Below are positions 24,500 through 38,451 of a stretch of 64,000 bases of DNA, one piece after another. How positions within the stretch are numbered: position 1 is the stretch's first letter; each line of letters opens with the position of its first letter. The position numbers were made by a program, and so were the translations under genes. The notes beneath the pieces are model-generated. The model made no database searches and was not told the DNA's origin. It saw only the letters and a list, made by a program, of their open reading frames with translations. The stretch is taken from assembly GCF_001194135.2 (NCBI RefSeq), contig NC_068994.1:54299157-54363156 (forward strand), written 5' to 3'. Source of the DNA: Octopus bimaculoides. Lineage: Eukaryota.

Positions 24500-24660
24500 T
24501 GTATTCTTCATCATTTACATTGGATATTCAATCAAGTGTTCAACTAATCAAACATACATTTGGTACAAGTGCATTTGGTAAATGTTTTGACAAAATTAAT
24601 CGTAAGATAGCATGTCACAAGCTGTGTGATCTTGACGTGGTGGGACAAATAGGTAAGCCG
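24500..24660 (+). mobile_element. Degenerate LINE reverse-transcriptase fragment (CR1/L2/Jockey-like domain 3)
   Basis: SAFGKCFDKINRKIACHKLCDLDVVGQIG resembles DF.KAFDKV.H..L..KL...G. Confidence 0.5.
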
Positions 24661-25499
24661 AAAAAAGAGAGGGTATCTCTTTATTTATTGTCACTGAACC
24701 TGCTAAAAATAACAGTCAAATGTCTCCCAGTTTATAATGTACAGTCTTTTTGATACCAACATAGCTTATAGGGGAGTGACCACTTCCCCCAAGCACATAT
24801 TTCAAAATTGGCGCCTTGCCAACAGTTGAGAAATGAGTTAAAAATTCTTTAGCACGTGTCATGGGGCCTTTTTTTTCTCTCTTCTTTTTGTCTGTGTTCG
24901 CTTGATTCTTTCACTAAAAAAAAAAAAAAATCGGATTTTTTTGCATGGAATCACTGACATCCTAATATGCTGCCGACTTCTTATTTTTGTTCGGAAAAAT
25001 GGGCGGGTCCGTTCCTACCCCCACCCCCCATCCCGGAATCATTGGAATTTTTTTTTTTTTTTTTTTTCGTTGAATGAATTCCCGTGACCTAATATGCTAA
25101 TAAAACCCTTTTTTGGGCCCGGAAAACGGTATGAGGTGGGGTGGAACCTTTGGAAATTTCACCCCACTCCCATTTTCAAATATTTTTTGCTATTTCTTTC
25201 TCTACTCATAATTTTAGATAACGTTTTTGCAGAAACACGTTTTCGAGAGATTGTAGATTACATTAGATTGAAAATTCAAAGAAGTTTGAAATGAATAAGA
25301 GAAAATGCAGAGGTTATAGAAGTTAGTGGTGACGAAGTGTGGAGAGATAAACGATAAATTCATCTTTAAAAAAACACGTTAGAGTTTGTGCATGTACGAG
25401 TGAGACGGAGTAAAAGTATAATACTAACAAAATATCTTTTTCCTACCTCTTAAAAATCACTGGATATAATATATGCAATAATCCTGAATAGATTTTTCT

Positions 25500-25650
25500 G
25501 GCTTACCAGTCCTCAGTCAAATCATTCAACCCATGCTAGAATGGAAAGTAGACGTTAAACGGTGATGATGATGCATAATGATAGATTGTTACCCATTCAA
25601 TGTTTAGGTAAACTTCGTCACTCACTCACTCTCCCTCTCTCTCCTCATAT

Positions 25651-25703
<53 letters not shown>

Positions 25704-26295
25704 TTCATGTCTGCTTTCCATGCTGGCATGGTTTGGACGGTTTGACTCAGGTCTAGAAAGCCAGGAGGTTGCACCAGGCTCCAATCTGATCTGGCAATGT
25801 TGCCACAACTGGATGCCCTTCCTAACGCCAACCATTCCAAGAGTGTAGTGGGTGCTTTTTACATGCCACCAACATAGGAGCCAGCCTTGGAGTACTGGCA
25901 TTGGCCACGATTGGCTGGTGCTTTTTACATGCCACCGGCATGGGAGCCACTTGGGGCATTGGCTACAGCTACAATATTGGTTTTACTTGACTCAACAGGT
26001 CTTCTCAAGAATATCATATCGCCCGATGCATCAGGGGTATTCTTAACAGGGCCAGACATGCGTGGCTGTGATCTCACTTTAGTTTCCAGGTCTTATCTAT
26101 GTATATATATATATATACACTCTCGGAGCACTACACTCTCAGAGTGGTTGGCATTAGGAAGGGCATCCAGCTGTAGAAACTCTGCCAGATCAGATTGGAG
26201 CCTGGTGCAGCCATCTGGTTCACCAGTACTCAGTCAAATCGTCCAACCCATGCTAGCATGGAAAGCAGACGTTAAATGATGATAATGATGATGAT
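25500..26295. mobile_element. Cluster of three family C copies (plus, minus, plus) with (GAT)n/(CAT)n tails
   Basis: CTACACTCTC.GAGTGGTTGGC.TTAGGAAGGGCATCCAG ... CAGTCAAATCGTCCAACCCATGCTAGCATGGAAAGC.GACGTTAAA.GATGAT. Confidence 0.85.
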
Positions 26296-26904
26296 GATAT
26301 ATTTATGTTTTATGTAATATATAATGTTAATACAGTACAATGAATACACATAGGTGTACTAGCCAGAAGAGTAGGAGAGGACAGCAGCTCTCTAAAAGAT
26401 GGGCAAAATAAAAACATTAATGGACAATGATGTCAGATAACAGCAGTGTATAACACATAGATACATCTATGTGTGCATGTGCACACACAGACACACACAC
26501 ACACAAACATGCAAGAAAACGCCCACTTAACAACATGAGTGGTAATCCATGGGGGAACGAATGTCCAGTTTTATGTAGAAACACATCAAAAGTAATTAGC
26601 TTCTATGTTTCTGAATTTAGCTGAAACACTGACAGTTCATTTAGTTTTATGGAGATGGACAGAGACCGGCATAAAGTGTCACTTATAATAGATAGATGCA
26701 TATATATATATATATACATGATTGTACATACGCATACACTCTTTATCATAGCCATAAAGCTGCATCTGTGAATTCAAGAGACTCTAAAACAAGGCCGATG
26801 ACACTTGAAGAAAATCATCCTTCCCACACACAGTTACATCATATTTACCCAACACTGAAACTCTTGCAAGACTCTTGCCAAGATCCCATAGGACCCTTCT
26901 GTGC

Positions 26905-27017
26905 ATCTCATCTCATCTCATCTCAACTTGAGAAAGTTGTGGTGAAAGATTACAGCAGGGTTCCCTACCACCCCCTGCCAGAACCCCGTGGAGCTTTAGG
27001 TGTTTTCGCTCAATAAA

Positions 27018-27052
<35 letters not shown>

Positions 27053-27245
27053 GGAGGCACAATAGCCCAGTGGTTAGGGCAGTGGACTTGTGGTTGTAGG
27101 ATCGCAGTTTCGGTTTCCTGACTGGGTGTTGTGAGTGTTTATTGAGCGAAAACACCTAAAGCTCCACGGGGTTCCGGCAGGGGGTGGTAGGGAACCCTGC
27201 TGTAATCTTTCACCACAACTTTCTCAAGTTGAGATGAGATGAGAT

Positions 27246-27250
<5 letters not shown>
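26905..27250. repeat. Near-perfect inverted duplication: 117-bp arms, 112-bp spacer, 1 mismatch
   Basis: 26905-27021 equals the reverse complement of 27134-27250 except A26980 opposite C27175. Confidence 0.95.
27051..27226 (+). mobile_element. tRNA-derived SINE family D, 5' part
   Basis: GTGGAGGCACAATAGCCCAGTGGTTAGGGC (A-box like) and GTTTCGGTTTCC (B-box like). Confidence 0.75.
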
Positions 27251-27280
<30 letters not shown>

Positions 27281-28024
27281 CACGGAATTTTGTCAGTAAA
27301 CAGGTCATGGTCTCAAAGCAAAGAAAATATTTTGGCAAAGTAAATTTAAATGTTGAAGTGAATCTAATGGTTTTTGTGTGTTTTTAAATGGCTTCTAAAC
27401 ATCTTCCACGCTGCAATTGTTTTCATTCCAGCACACGATCTCAGATCAGGTCACTTGCTAGGCATGTACATCTCCATAATATATATAATTGGTTCCATAT
27501 CTCCGTTCCAGGATTTCTCTTATAGCCACTCTTTACCCTGCGGAATTGATCCCTTGTAAAGACACCAGAGTCTAAGTTCAAATCCTTTGACCACGACAAT
27601 GGTCCTTCTATATTGAAAATCTCTGGTTCTTATCTGTTGACTATATATATACTTGCATTTATACATGAATGTATGTATGTGTAGTGATGGTGGTGGGGTT
27701 TATAAAATTATATACATACAGATATATATGCATATACAAATTTGTCATATGTGGGTGTGTCTGTTTGTTTGCTATGACAATTGTAAAATGGTGTCAAAAT
27801 TTTTGTGGTTTATTTTGTGTTTATTGGTCTATTTTAATTTTGAGCACGGAGTCTCTCCTGCACAAACACATGCTACACTACAAATATGTCTGCACACACA
27901 CCTCATTGTATTTATAATGATATGATACATACATTTGTATTCATTTCTGGTTGTCTATTTAATATCTATCTGTCTGCCTACAGACATAAAATGCATGCAT
28001 GTTTCTGTATGTTATGTATATATA

Positions 28025-28059
<35 letters not shown>

Positions 28060-29054
28060 TCACGCACACACAAACACAAACACACACACACTTACATATG
28101 TATATAAAGCCTGGAAAAGACAGGCTTCTGTTAGAGTTCTGCAAAACTTGAAGTCACATGGAGCTGAGTCAAACTGTTTTAAATAATACATGTAACTTGT
28201 ACTATATATGTGTGTGTGTGTGTGTGTGCGTGCATATATATATATATATATATNNNNNNNNNNNNNNNNNNNNNNNNNNNNNNNNNNNNNNNNNNNNNNN
28301 NNNNNNNNNNNNNNNNNNNNNNNNNNNNNNNNNNNNNNNNNNNNNNNNNNNNNNNNNNNNNNNNNNNNNNNNNNNNNNNNNNNNNNNNNNNNNNNNNNNN
28401 NNNNNNNNNNNNNNNNNNNNNNNNNNNNNNNNNNNNNNNNNNNNNNNNNNNNNNNNNNNNNNNNNNNNNNNNNNNNNNNNNNNNNNNNNNNNNNNNNNNN
28501 NNNNNNNNNNNNNNNNNNNNNNNNNNNNNNNNNNNNNNNNNNNNNNNNNNNNNNNNNNNNNNNNNNNNNNNNNNNNNNNNNNNNNNNNNNNNNNNNNNNN
28601 NNNNNNNNNNNNNNNNNNNNNNNNNNNNNNNNNNNNNNNNNNNNNNNNNNNNNNNNNNNNNNNNNNNNNNNNNNNNNNNNNNNNNNNNNNNNNNNNNNNN
28701 NNNNNNNNNNNNNNNNNNNNNNNNNNNNNNNNNNNNNNNNNNNNNNNNNNNNNNNNNNNNNNNNNNNNNNNNNNNNNNNNNNNNNNNNNNNNNNNNNNNN
28801 NNNNNNNNNNNNNNNNNNNNNNNNNNNNNNNNNNNNNNNNNNNNNNNNNNNNNNNNNNNNNNNNNNNNNNNNNNNNNNNNNNNNNNNNNNNNNNNNNNNN
28901 NNNNNNNNNNNNNNNNNNNNNNNNNNNNNNNNNNNNNNNNNNNNNNNNNNNNNNNNNNNNNNNNNNNNNNNNNNNNNNNNNNNNNNNNNNNNNNNNNNNN
29001 NNNNNNNNTATATATATATAAGTGTAAGTATATATTGAAGAACACAAAGAGGGT

Positions 29055-29400
29055 TTAAAATTTAGAACAGCTGCTTCAGTAGAATTTTATTCATATATTC
29101 ACAGATTACATCATAGGACATAATCCATCACCTTCAGGTAGAATTTTAAACAGGTATATACAGGTGAGAGAATACCTTGATGATGATGAATCCAACCAAC
29201 AGTTTTGGATAAGTAGTATTTTAAAAAAAATGTGAATTTATAGAAAAATTATAAGGCGTGGCGGTAATGGATATGAGAGAGGCAAAGAGACTATTATTTC
29301 AAAACATTTATCTTAATTAGTTTCTAGATAATATTGGCTATAAGATCTACAAAAAACACAGACATGCTGTAGCCAAGAGATGTCCTGAGGTCATTAAAGA
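29055..29400 (-). repeat. Diverged repeat with an inverted partner at 31110-31450; probable Penelope-like terminal relic
   Basis: GACATCTCTTGGCTACAGCATGT, CTAATTAAGATAAATGTTTTG and ATTATGTCCTATGATGT are shared in opposite orientation; remnant CTGAAG(G/A) boxes at 29131-37 and 31362-68. Confidence 0.7.
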
Positions 29401-29871
29401 CAAGAAGATATATTTTGCTGTTGAGTGAGATAAAAGAAAGCAAACTTCAGGGCAGCAGAAAGTCATAAAACTGCCTTCATTGTTTTACACATGTACATAC
29501 ACACAGACAGACACACATATATACAGACACATATACATATGTGCACGTGCATATGGAGACCTACATTTATATACTTATATCAAATATTATAATATAAAAA
29601 CACATATATAAAGAGTGTGAACAAATAACAGAGATTTAGGAGGTCATACACCAGATTGTGAAATATTTCACTATTTATTGGATATAAATAAAATGAGGAT
29701 GCATAACCAAGAGGCCAATGACATAATATTGAAAGACTTGAATAATATTTAAATGAGATAAGTAACGTAACTAAATTACTGAGTATGGATAAATAGCAGC
29801 TAAGAAGTATTATTTGAAGTCTTTTAGGCAACTGGTTAAAAATAGGAAAATATGTTTCTTGTATATATGCA

Positions 29872-30500
29872 TTAGGTTGTCAAGAAAGTTTTTGTGGTTT
29901 TTAATCTTTAAATTCAGATACACATATCTCGGCTCAAACAAAACTTTATTAATCGAAATAAACACCATCAGAATCAACACTCTTTTTTGCCAATGCAAAA
30001 CCAGTTTATTTATGCCAGTAGTGTAAAAATCCTGTGTTCTGGTGGCGATGAAGTCGTTGAAGGCCTGTTTGGCATCGTCTTGGTTTTCTAACGAGATGCT
30101 TGAAAAAGTGGTAGTCGGTAGGCGAGAGGTCTGGTGAGTATTGCGGATGAAGCAGAGTTTCGTAGCTCAATTCATTCAACTTCTGCAAGGTCAGTTGTGC
30201 GACGTGCCAAACAGTCACCACGACCTTCTTTTGGTGCAACTTTGGCTTTGGGAAGTGCCGTGGAGCTTTGTCGGTGTCCAACCACTGAGCTAAGCATCAC
30301 TGGTTGTTGTAAAGAAACCACTTTTCACCGCAAGTCACAATCCAGTTGAGAAACAGGTTGTTCTTGTGTAAAAGAAGGGAAGACGACACTTCAAAACGGT
30401 GTGTTTTTTGGTTGTTGTTCAATTTGTGCAGCACCCATTTCTTGAGTATTTTTGTTTTTCTGATCTCTTTCAAAGTGGTTGGAAATTGTCGTATACGTTC
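29872..30500 (-). mobile_element. Internally deleted mariner (Hsmar1-like)
   Basis: APRHFPKPKLHQKKVVVTVW is joined directly to HVAQLTLQKLNELSYETLLHPQYSPDLSPTDYHFFKHL; TIR-like TTAGGTTGTCAAGAAAGTTTTTGTGGTTT at 29872. Confidence 0.85.
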
Positions 30501-30970
30501 AGCAAAAGATTCCGATAGAATAAGTACTAGACTTACAAAGAATAAGTTTGTGGGGGTGGGGCGATTAGTTTGACTAAAGGTGGTGCTCCAGCATGGTCGC
30601 AGTCAAATGACTGAAACAAAAGGGTAAAAGAGTAAAAGAGTGTATGGCTATGTATGTATATATGTGAGTGTGTGTACATATGTGTGTGAGTATCCCCTGG
30701 ACTGGCTTGTGCGGGTGGCACATAAAAGACACCATTTCGAGCGTGGCCGTTGCCAGTATCGCCTGAGTGGCCTTCGTGCAGGTGACACGTAAAAGCACCT
30801 ACTACACTCTCTGAGTGGTTGGCGTTAGGAAGGCCATCCAGCTCTAGAAACTCTGCCAAATTTAGATTGCAGCCTGGTGTTGCCATCCGGTTTCACCAGT
30901 CCTCAGTCAGGTCGTCCAACCCATGCTAGCATGGAAAGCGGACGTTAAACGATGATGATGATGATGATGA
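30500..30970 (+). mobile_element. SINE family B 3' half followed by a family C copy
   Basis: GATAGAATAAGTACTAGACTTACAAAG...CAGCATGGTCGCAGTCAAATGACTGAAAC, then AGCACCTACTACACTCTCTGAGTGG...(GAT)n. Confidence 0.85.
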
Positions 30971-31475
30971 TATATGAATGTACATGTGTGTGTGTGGTGT
31001 CTGTGTGTGGGTGTCTACACGTGTAAGAAAGTGATGACAGTTTTATGGTTTTCTGCTGCCCTGAGGTTTGTTGTCGTTTATCTCACTTAACTGACAACAT
31101 ACCTTCCTGGCTTAAGGACATCTCTTGGCTACAGCATGTTTGTGGTTTCTTGTATGTCTTCAGAAGCCAGTATTGGCTGTAAACTAATTAAGATAAATGT
31201 TTTGGAATAATAGAATCGTTTGATCTCTGCTTCTTACATACCCTTTATAGCCACGCCTTCTAATTTTTCTATAAATCTGAATGTTCTTATTTAAAATACC
31301 ACTTATCCAAAACATCATCAGAATACTCTGTCACCTGTTTATACCTGATTAAAACTTTTACCTGAAGATAATGCATTATGTCCTATGATGTGATCGATGG
31401 ATGCATCAACAAAATTCTACTGGAACAGCTGCTGTAAATTTTAAACGCCATCATTTAACATATGCGTATTACTCC

Positions 31476-31519
<44 letters not shown>

Positions 31520-31555
31520 TTTGAACACACACATGCATGCATGTACACATGCACA

Positions 31556-31600
<45 letters not shown>

Positions 31601-33644
31601 ATGCACATGATGGTTGCAACTTGATTGTTCAAGCGATGGTGTTGCTAGAAATCAAGTTGCTTTGAGGAGTACTAGATGTAGTTCTTCAGTCCTGCTAGGA
31701 ACTTATGCTCTTTCTCACAGATGTGAAAACGATGGACACCTCTTGCGACAGGCGTTCAGTAAACTTACCAACGATACTGATCCATGCCATCATGGAAATT
31801 TTCTTTGTGTGTTTTTGCCTTTTAACAGCTATGGCCAGCCATAATTAGACATATTAGACATAACAATGATTTTAAAAATCAATTGATGCCTGTTCCTTTT
31901 AAAGTACAGAAAGGCCTTCACAGAGTCAATCCCACTGTCTAAACAACATATACATTTTCTCAAGAGGAAGGATTAATCTACATCACTGGATGCAAACAAA
32001 GCCACAAATGTTACATCAGAGTTATTCTTCTCTTAGAGAGATATCTAAACAAAGAGTAACAGACGGGTCTCTGACTCCCATCTGTTGGATGGCCATTGAC
32101 TCTACCAAGTTCATCTGCCCTTTGACAGGTTTTGTTTTCCATCTGCAAAGTGTCCAACAAAACCTACCCTGCTTTCTTAGCAGGCTGGTACTGTTGCCAG
32201 TTTAGTTGCTGATGGCCCGTCCATGCAACACGTTGTGCTGGGTTACACACAAATGCACATAAGCAACAGCTTTTCTTTTATGCTTGTTTCATTAAATACA
32301 CAACTGTATTCAAGATTTATCGTTTTTCATTTTAGATTTTTGGTGTTTTCTTATTAATTTTTTTTACAACTGGTTTGAACAATGAAGTTCAGTGTGTCCA
32401 TACCTTTATGCTCTTATTTTTAAGAATTGGATATGTTGTGGATTTGTTGTTGCTGGTGAATGAAAATGTATTTCTAGGGCTGGGCATAGAAGTTATGAAC
32501 AGCACTCACAAACAACAGCTTTTTTTTTACTGCTCACACAGTTTTCTGTGTTGATCCTGGGATGAAAAATAACAATGGGAGAGACACATTGCTGGGATCT
32601 ACAGCAATTTAACAGGCTTAGCAAATGAGGTTGGCCCATCACAAATGGAAAATAATTGCTCTATATTCACGACAACAAAATCTGTCTTCTATTTGCCAAT
32701 GACTGGTGAGATAATGAAGAATGGAGAAGTTGAGAAATGGCCTCAACGTTCTGGGGTTACCACCAAAATCCACCTTTATATAGGAGGGCTGAATGAGAAA
32801 GTTTTAGAAAGTTGAATCATATGTTGGTTTGACACTGATTGGCCAGTTAACTGACCAATCAAGTGGAACTACTGTGGCTTGGTTGTGGTGTCTACTCATC
32901 TATCCAACTATTTGGCATCTGTGTTATTTCTGATATTCTTAGTGAATCCATTTAGATTTTCTTACTAAAGGTTTTTTTACAATTAGGGTTATGCCTCAGC
33001 TGTCATGCGTTGATTTGTTTGCTTTAGTCAAATTTTGATATGGGAACCATACACGTATCACAATACAATGCCAAAATTAACACACAAACACACACATCAA
33101 AACAACTAATATAAGTCTGCTGGCCTCAAGAAAAATGAGTCTAATGGGGGAGGGAGCAGCCATGTAACTCCATCAATGCAAAATACTTATTCTTGTCCCT
33201 CTGTCATACTTTAGTCTCTGTCATACATCTGCATCTGGTCTAAAGCCACCCCCTCCTTGCAATACTTCCCATCAACACATAGTCATGGGGTCTTTTTCCC
33301 TTTTCTGTGAGGCGAGATTACTTGACCACCTCACTAGTGCTGTGGGCCAGAAAAAAAAAAACAACAATAGGATCCAGTAGACTCTATTAGGTGTTTGGCA
33401 TTAGGAAGGATGTCCTGTTGTAGAAACCATGCCAAAGCTAACAGTGGGGTTTGGCACAACCTTGTGGTTAGCTGGATCCTGTCAAACTAGCCAACCATTG
33501 CCATCAAAGAAAATAGTCTTTCATCTGACAAACCGAGGTAGATTCTTTTGGCAAATTTGAAACCTGAAAATTTAAAACAAATTTTAGGGTTTGATTTATA
33601 TTTTCCTTTGTCTCTCCTTCTCCTTTTTTCATTTTCCTTTTGAT

Positions 33645-34028
33645 AGGAGAGTTTCAATATCACTGCCATTAAACTTGACTAGCCTGGATTTTTTTTCCTG
33701 TGGGGATACCTGAAAGAGAGGGTTTACATCAACAAACTGGAGGCCCTGGTAAAGGAGAACATCAATAGAGATATCAGAGTAGGGTCTGAAACTCTTGAGG
33801 GTGTTATGGTGCAAGTTTTGGAAAGAGCACAGGCATGTGAAGCCGAAAATGGCTGCCATGTAAGCGATGTCATTTATCATATGTGATGTAGTGGTGTTGC
33901 AAAATTTGACTCGTGCATATTAATTTCTATTATGTCCTTTATATTGTATCAAAATTTCATGCATTTATTTCTAAATTTAAGGAAGTTATTAAAAATCGAA
34001 ACCGATCAGTGACTTTTGGGACACCTTG
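33645..34028 (+). mobile_element. 3' end of a Tc1/mariner-superfamily transposon with terminal inverted repeat and TA
   Basis: DFFFLWGYLKERVYINK...ENINRDIR...GVMVQVLERAQACEAENGCHVSDVI; ends CTTTTGGGACACCTTG followed by TA (34029-30). Confidence 0.8.
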
Positions 34029-35139
34029 TACATACATACAGATATNNNNNNNNNNNNNNNNNNNNNNNNNNNNNNNNNNNNNNNNNNNNNNNNNNNNNNN
34101 NNNNNNNNNNNNNNNNNNNNNNNNNNNNNNNNNNNNNNNNNNNNNNNNNNNNNNNNNNNNNNNNNNNNNNNNNNNNNNNNNNNNNNNNNNNNNNNNNNNN
34201 NNNNNNNNNNNNNNNNNNNNNNNNNNNNNNNNNNNNNNNNNNNNNNNNNNNNNNNNNNNNNNNNNNNNNNNNNNNNNNNNNNNNNNNNNNNNNNNNNNNN
34301 NNNNNNNNNNNNNNNNNNNNNNNNNNNNNNNNNNNNNNNNNNNNNNNNNNNNNNNNNNNNNNNNNNNNNNNNNNNNNNNNNNNNNNNNNNNNNNNNNNNN
34401 NNNNNNNNNNNNNNNNNNNNNNNNNNNNNNNNNNNNNNNNNNNNNNNNNNNNNNNNNNNNNNNNNNNNNNNNNNNNNNNNNNNNNNNNNNNNNNNNNNNN
34501 NNNNNNNNNNNNNNNNNNNNNNNNNNNNNNNNNNNNNNNNNNNNNNNNNNNNNNNNNNNNNNNNNNNNNNNNNNNNNNNNNNNNNNNNNNNNNNNNNNNN
34601 NNNNNNNNNNNNNNNNNNNNNNNNNNNNNNNNNNNNNNNNNNNNNNNNNNNNNNNNNNNNNNNNNNNNNNNNNNNNNNNNNNNNNNNNNNNNNNNNNNNN
34701 NNNNNNNNNNNNNNNNNNNNNNNNNNNNNNNNNNNNNNNNNNNNNNNNNNNNNNNATATATACATATATGTATACATGTGTATGTATATACATATACATA
34801 CACACATACCTTTTAGTATATATATATATATATATGTTCATACTGACACATATAACATACACACACTCCCATATGTATATGCGTGTGTATACAACGAGGT
34901 GTGATTTGAAAGAGATACGACTGCTGTTTCTAGCACTTCTCTCTTTAATCCTTATCTGCTGAAGTGAGTGCAATCTGAGGTTGACTAAACTGAAAGATAA
35001 GCGCGCGGGTTCGAATCGTGTTTCTTCCCTCCCCACCCCTCCTGGTAACAGCGACGATACACAAAGAACCGCCCACACATTGAAGCCTCCCACGTTTGAA
35101 CACACACACACACACACTCATACACAGTGACACAATAAT

Positions 35140-35843
35140 CAGGAACGCGAATTTTGTGTAGTCACAAAGGATTTACCTACATTAGCAACGCACGCAAGCG
35201 CACGCACACACTCATCTACAGGCACACACATACACACACACACACATATACATACACATAGTAACCAATACACACTTGCACGAACGCTTTTTACCGTATA
35301 GTAACCCAATATAGAACAAGCGTGTGCGCGCGCACATAAACGCGCGCGAACACATACATAAACACACGCATGCATACATACACAAATGCTCACACAAAGA
35401 CACTCATACACAAATACCCCCTCACACAGATACATACATACACAGACATGTACAGATATGTATACATATATTCATACATACACATACATAACTACACGCA
35501 CAGATACACATATACACAAATATTCTTATACAGCTACTCAAACATACACAGCGACACATACACAAATAAATGTAGGTATAGACATATACGCACAGATATA
35601 TACACATACACTCACATACACAACGTCACCGATATATTTATCCGAAATAAAGATATGAATACTTCAGGTTGTTGTTGTTGCTGCTGACGACGACGATGAT
35701 GATGATGATGATGAACGCACGTCAACCTTTTTGTTTCTCCTCTTTCTTTCACACTGTTCCCATTCTATAAACGCGCACACACACACACACATATATACAT
35801 TTTTACATACATACATATATATATATATGTGCATACGTAGTCC

Positions 35844-35874
<31 letters not shown>

Positions 35875-37241
35875 GACACACACACATATACATACATGTC
35901 CTTATATACACACTCAGACGCGCACACACACATATACGTCCATAAATATAAATACATACACAAACATTTTCATAGAATATATACAGCACCCCTTTATGTA
36001 TATATAACTTATTTTCACTTCCTCTCTTCCTCCCTTAAATCCTTTCTTATTTTTTACACACATAAACATACACACACACATATATACACACACATATAAT
36101 ACATAATGTACTGACGAATGTATTCACTCTTACTCCATACACCTTTGCATAAACACACACACGCGTGCACGCAGGCTGAATACGGCGCGCTCGCGCGCAC
36201 ACACACTTACACATACACACAGGCACACACTTGCACATTACCATTATTATTCATAAACAGCTTCTTCCCCCACCGCCATCATCACATTTAATAGAACACA
36301 TTAATTTTGTTGCACACACACACACACACACGTCCACAAAACGCACATCCCCTCATTCTCTTTCTTCATACACACACACACACACACACACGCATACTCT
36401 CCCTCAATTTGTCTTACACATTCATACGATGATTCTACACACTCCCCCTCCCCCGTTCACTAAATCACGTACCCTCACGTACACACAGAAAACGCACGCA
36501 CTCAAAACGCGTACGCGCGCACACTTCCTCTCCTTTCACAAAGACTCTCTCTCTCTCTCTTTCACACACCCTCCTCTTTTTCACTCTCCACAAAGTCACA
36601 CGTTAACACTCACACGTACACACAAACATTTTAGACACACACACAAACTCGCACAACATTTCACACACACATACACGTACCACAACCCCTTACACACATA
36701 AAACATGTACGGAAAACATAAATTAAGACACTTGCAATAATGCACAAACACACACACACACACACTTACATGCATACACACACATAAACCCATAATCTCT
36801 ACCCTTATAAACAACGAACATACAAAAGCGTATACACCTTCACTCACACACGCACACAAACTTACGAACAGAAACAATCACTTTTAGACACGCTGTTTAC
36901 ACACACATGCATACACACGCATATTTATATACACACACACATACAAACTCATACTCTTACCCTTATAAATAAGACACATACAGAAAGAATCAACCAAACG
37001 CACACATACATACATACACATACAAATACATAAAACGCACACCTCACCCTTCCACTTTCTCTCCACTCACCTCCTCCACAAAGTCGCACTCGAACGTCAA
37101 CTCACACTCCTCCTCCTTATATGCAACATACACGCGCACACATACACACAGAACTGTAAATAAAACCCACACACTTGCACATACACCCTCGCACCCTCAC
37201 TCAGAAACATAAATAAAAGCTATATTCTTGCATATACACAA

Positions 37242-37272
<31 letters not shown>

Positions 37273-37560
37273 ATCATATATATGTATATATACTTTCAGG
37301 CACACAGATACACATACATAAGCAGACACATGAATACACGTACACATACGCACGCGCGCATATAAATAAATGAATAAATAATAAAAATATATGTAACAGC
37401 AAACACACGCACACATATATAAATATATATACACGCACACACCTATATGTAAATATATATATTCATATATACACACAAACACACGTAAGCGCGCGCAGAC
37501 ACGCACGCACATATGCTCACACGCACGCACGCACACACTCTCACTCACTCACACACGTCT
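35140..37560. repeat. Extended (CA/TA)-rich low-complexity domain
   Basis: Directly visible; explains the HT/VC-rich ORFs. Confidence 0.9.
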
Positions 37561-38164
37561 ACACAGTCGTATCGCGACATAGAGAGAGAAAGACATTGAC
37601 ACACGCGCGCGCACATTGCCTGGATTTGTTTAACACAAGCGCCTCGCCTCTTCGCGTAGTTTTTGGCCGCCAACCTCACTTTATATCTTGCCTTTCCTTC
37701 AACGACTTTTTACAATAAGTCTTCCTTCGGATCAACTATGGCTACATTAGAGGTAAACATTGAAATATATATATATTTATATATCTACATATCTGTTACA
37801 TATATATCTTCGATTTATCCATCGATCTTTTATTCATCTGAAAAAATTACATTGAGAGACATCCACGTTAATTGTTTTTTATGTGAATTGAAACAAAAAA
37901 AACGTACACCAATAGCATAGACTATACTATTAATTGTACATACATACATGCATACACACATACATACATACACACAAACATACATATCATTATCTTAATC
38001 CCTTTTTATACATACACACCTTCTGTTTAAACCTTTCATGTTCCTTTTTATTTCTGTTCTGTTTTTATTATATTTTTTTGAAAAGGGTGGCGATGGATTT
38101 TTAAAAAATCAAAGAATTCTCTTCAAATTCTCTCTCTCTCTCTGTCTGTCTTTCTCTCTCTCTG

Positions 38165-38195
<31 letters not shown>

Positions 38196-38384
38196 ATCTG
38201 TCTATGATATTTAAAAAAAAATATTTCTCCTGGTTTTGATTTTAGCCATCAACCTTCATAGTCTTTTTACTTTTACTCCATTCACTTTATATATATATAT
38301 ATATATACTCACTGTCAATTACTACTGCATAGATACAATTCCTACTTTCTAGTCATAAACATAGCTTGCATCTAAATATCTCTG

Positions 38385-38451
<67 letters not shown>

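Noticed and set aside
37071-37115. 45-nt minus-strand micro-exon candidate EEECELTFECDFVEE with a GTGAGT donor
   Set aside because: The acceptor lacks a pyrimidine tract and the sequence is a diverged duplicate of 36583-36615 inside low-complexity DNA.
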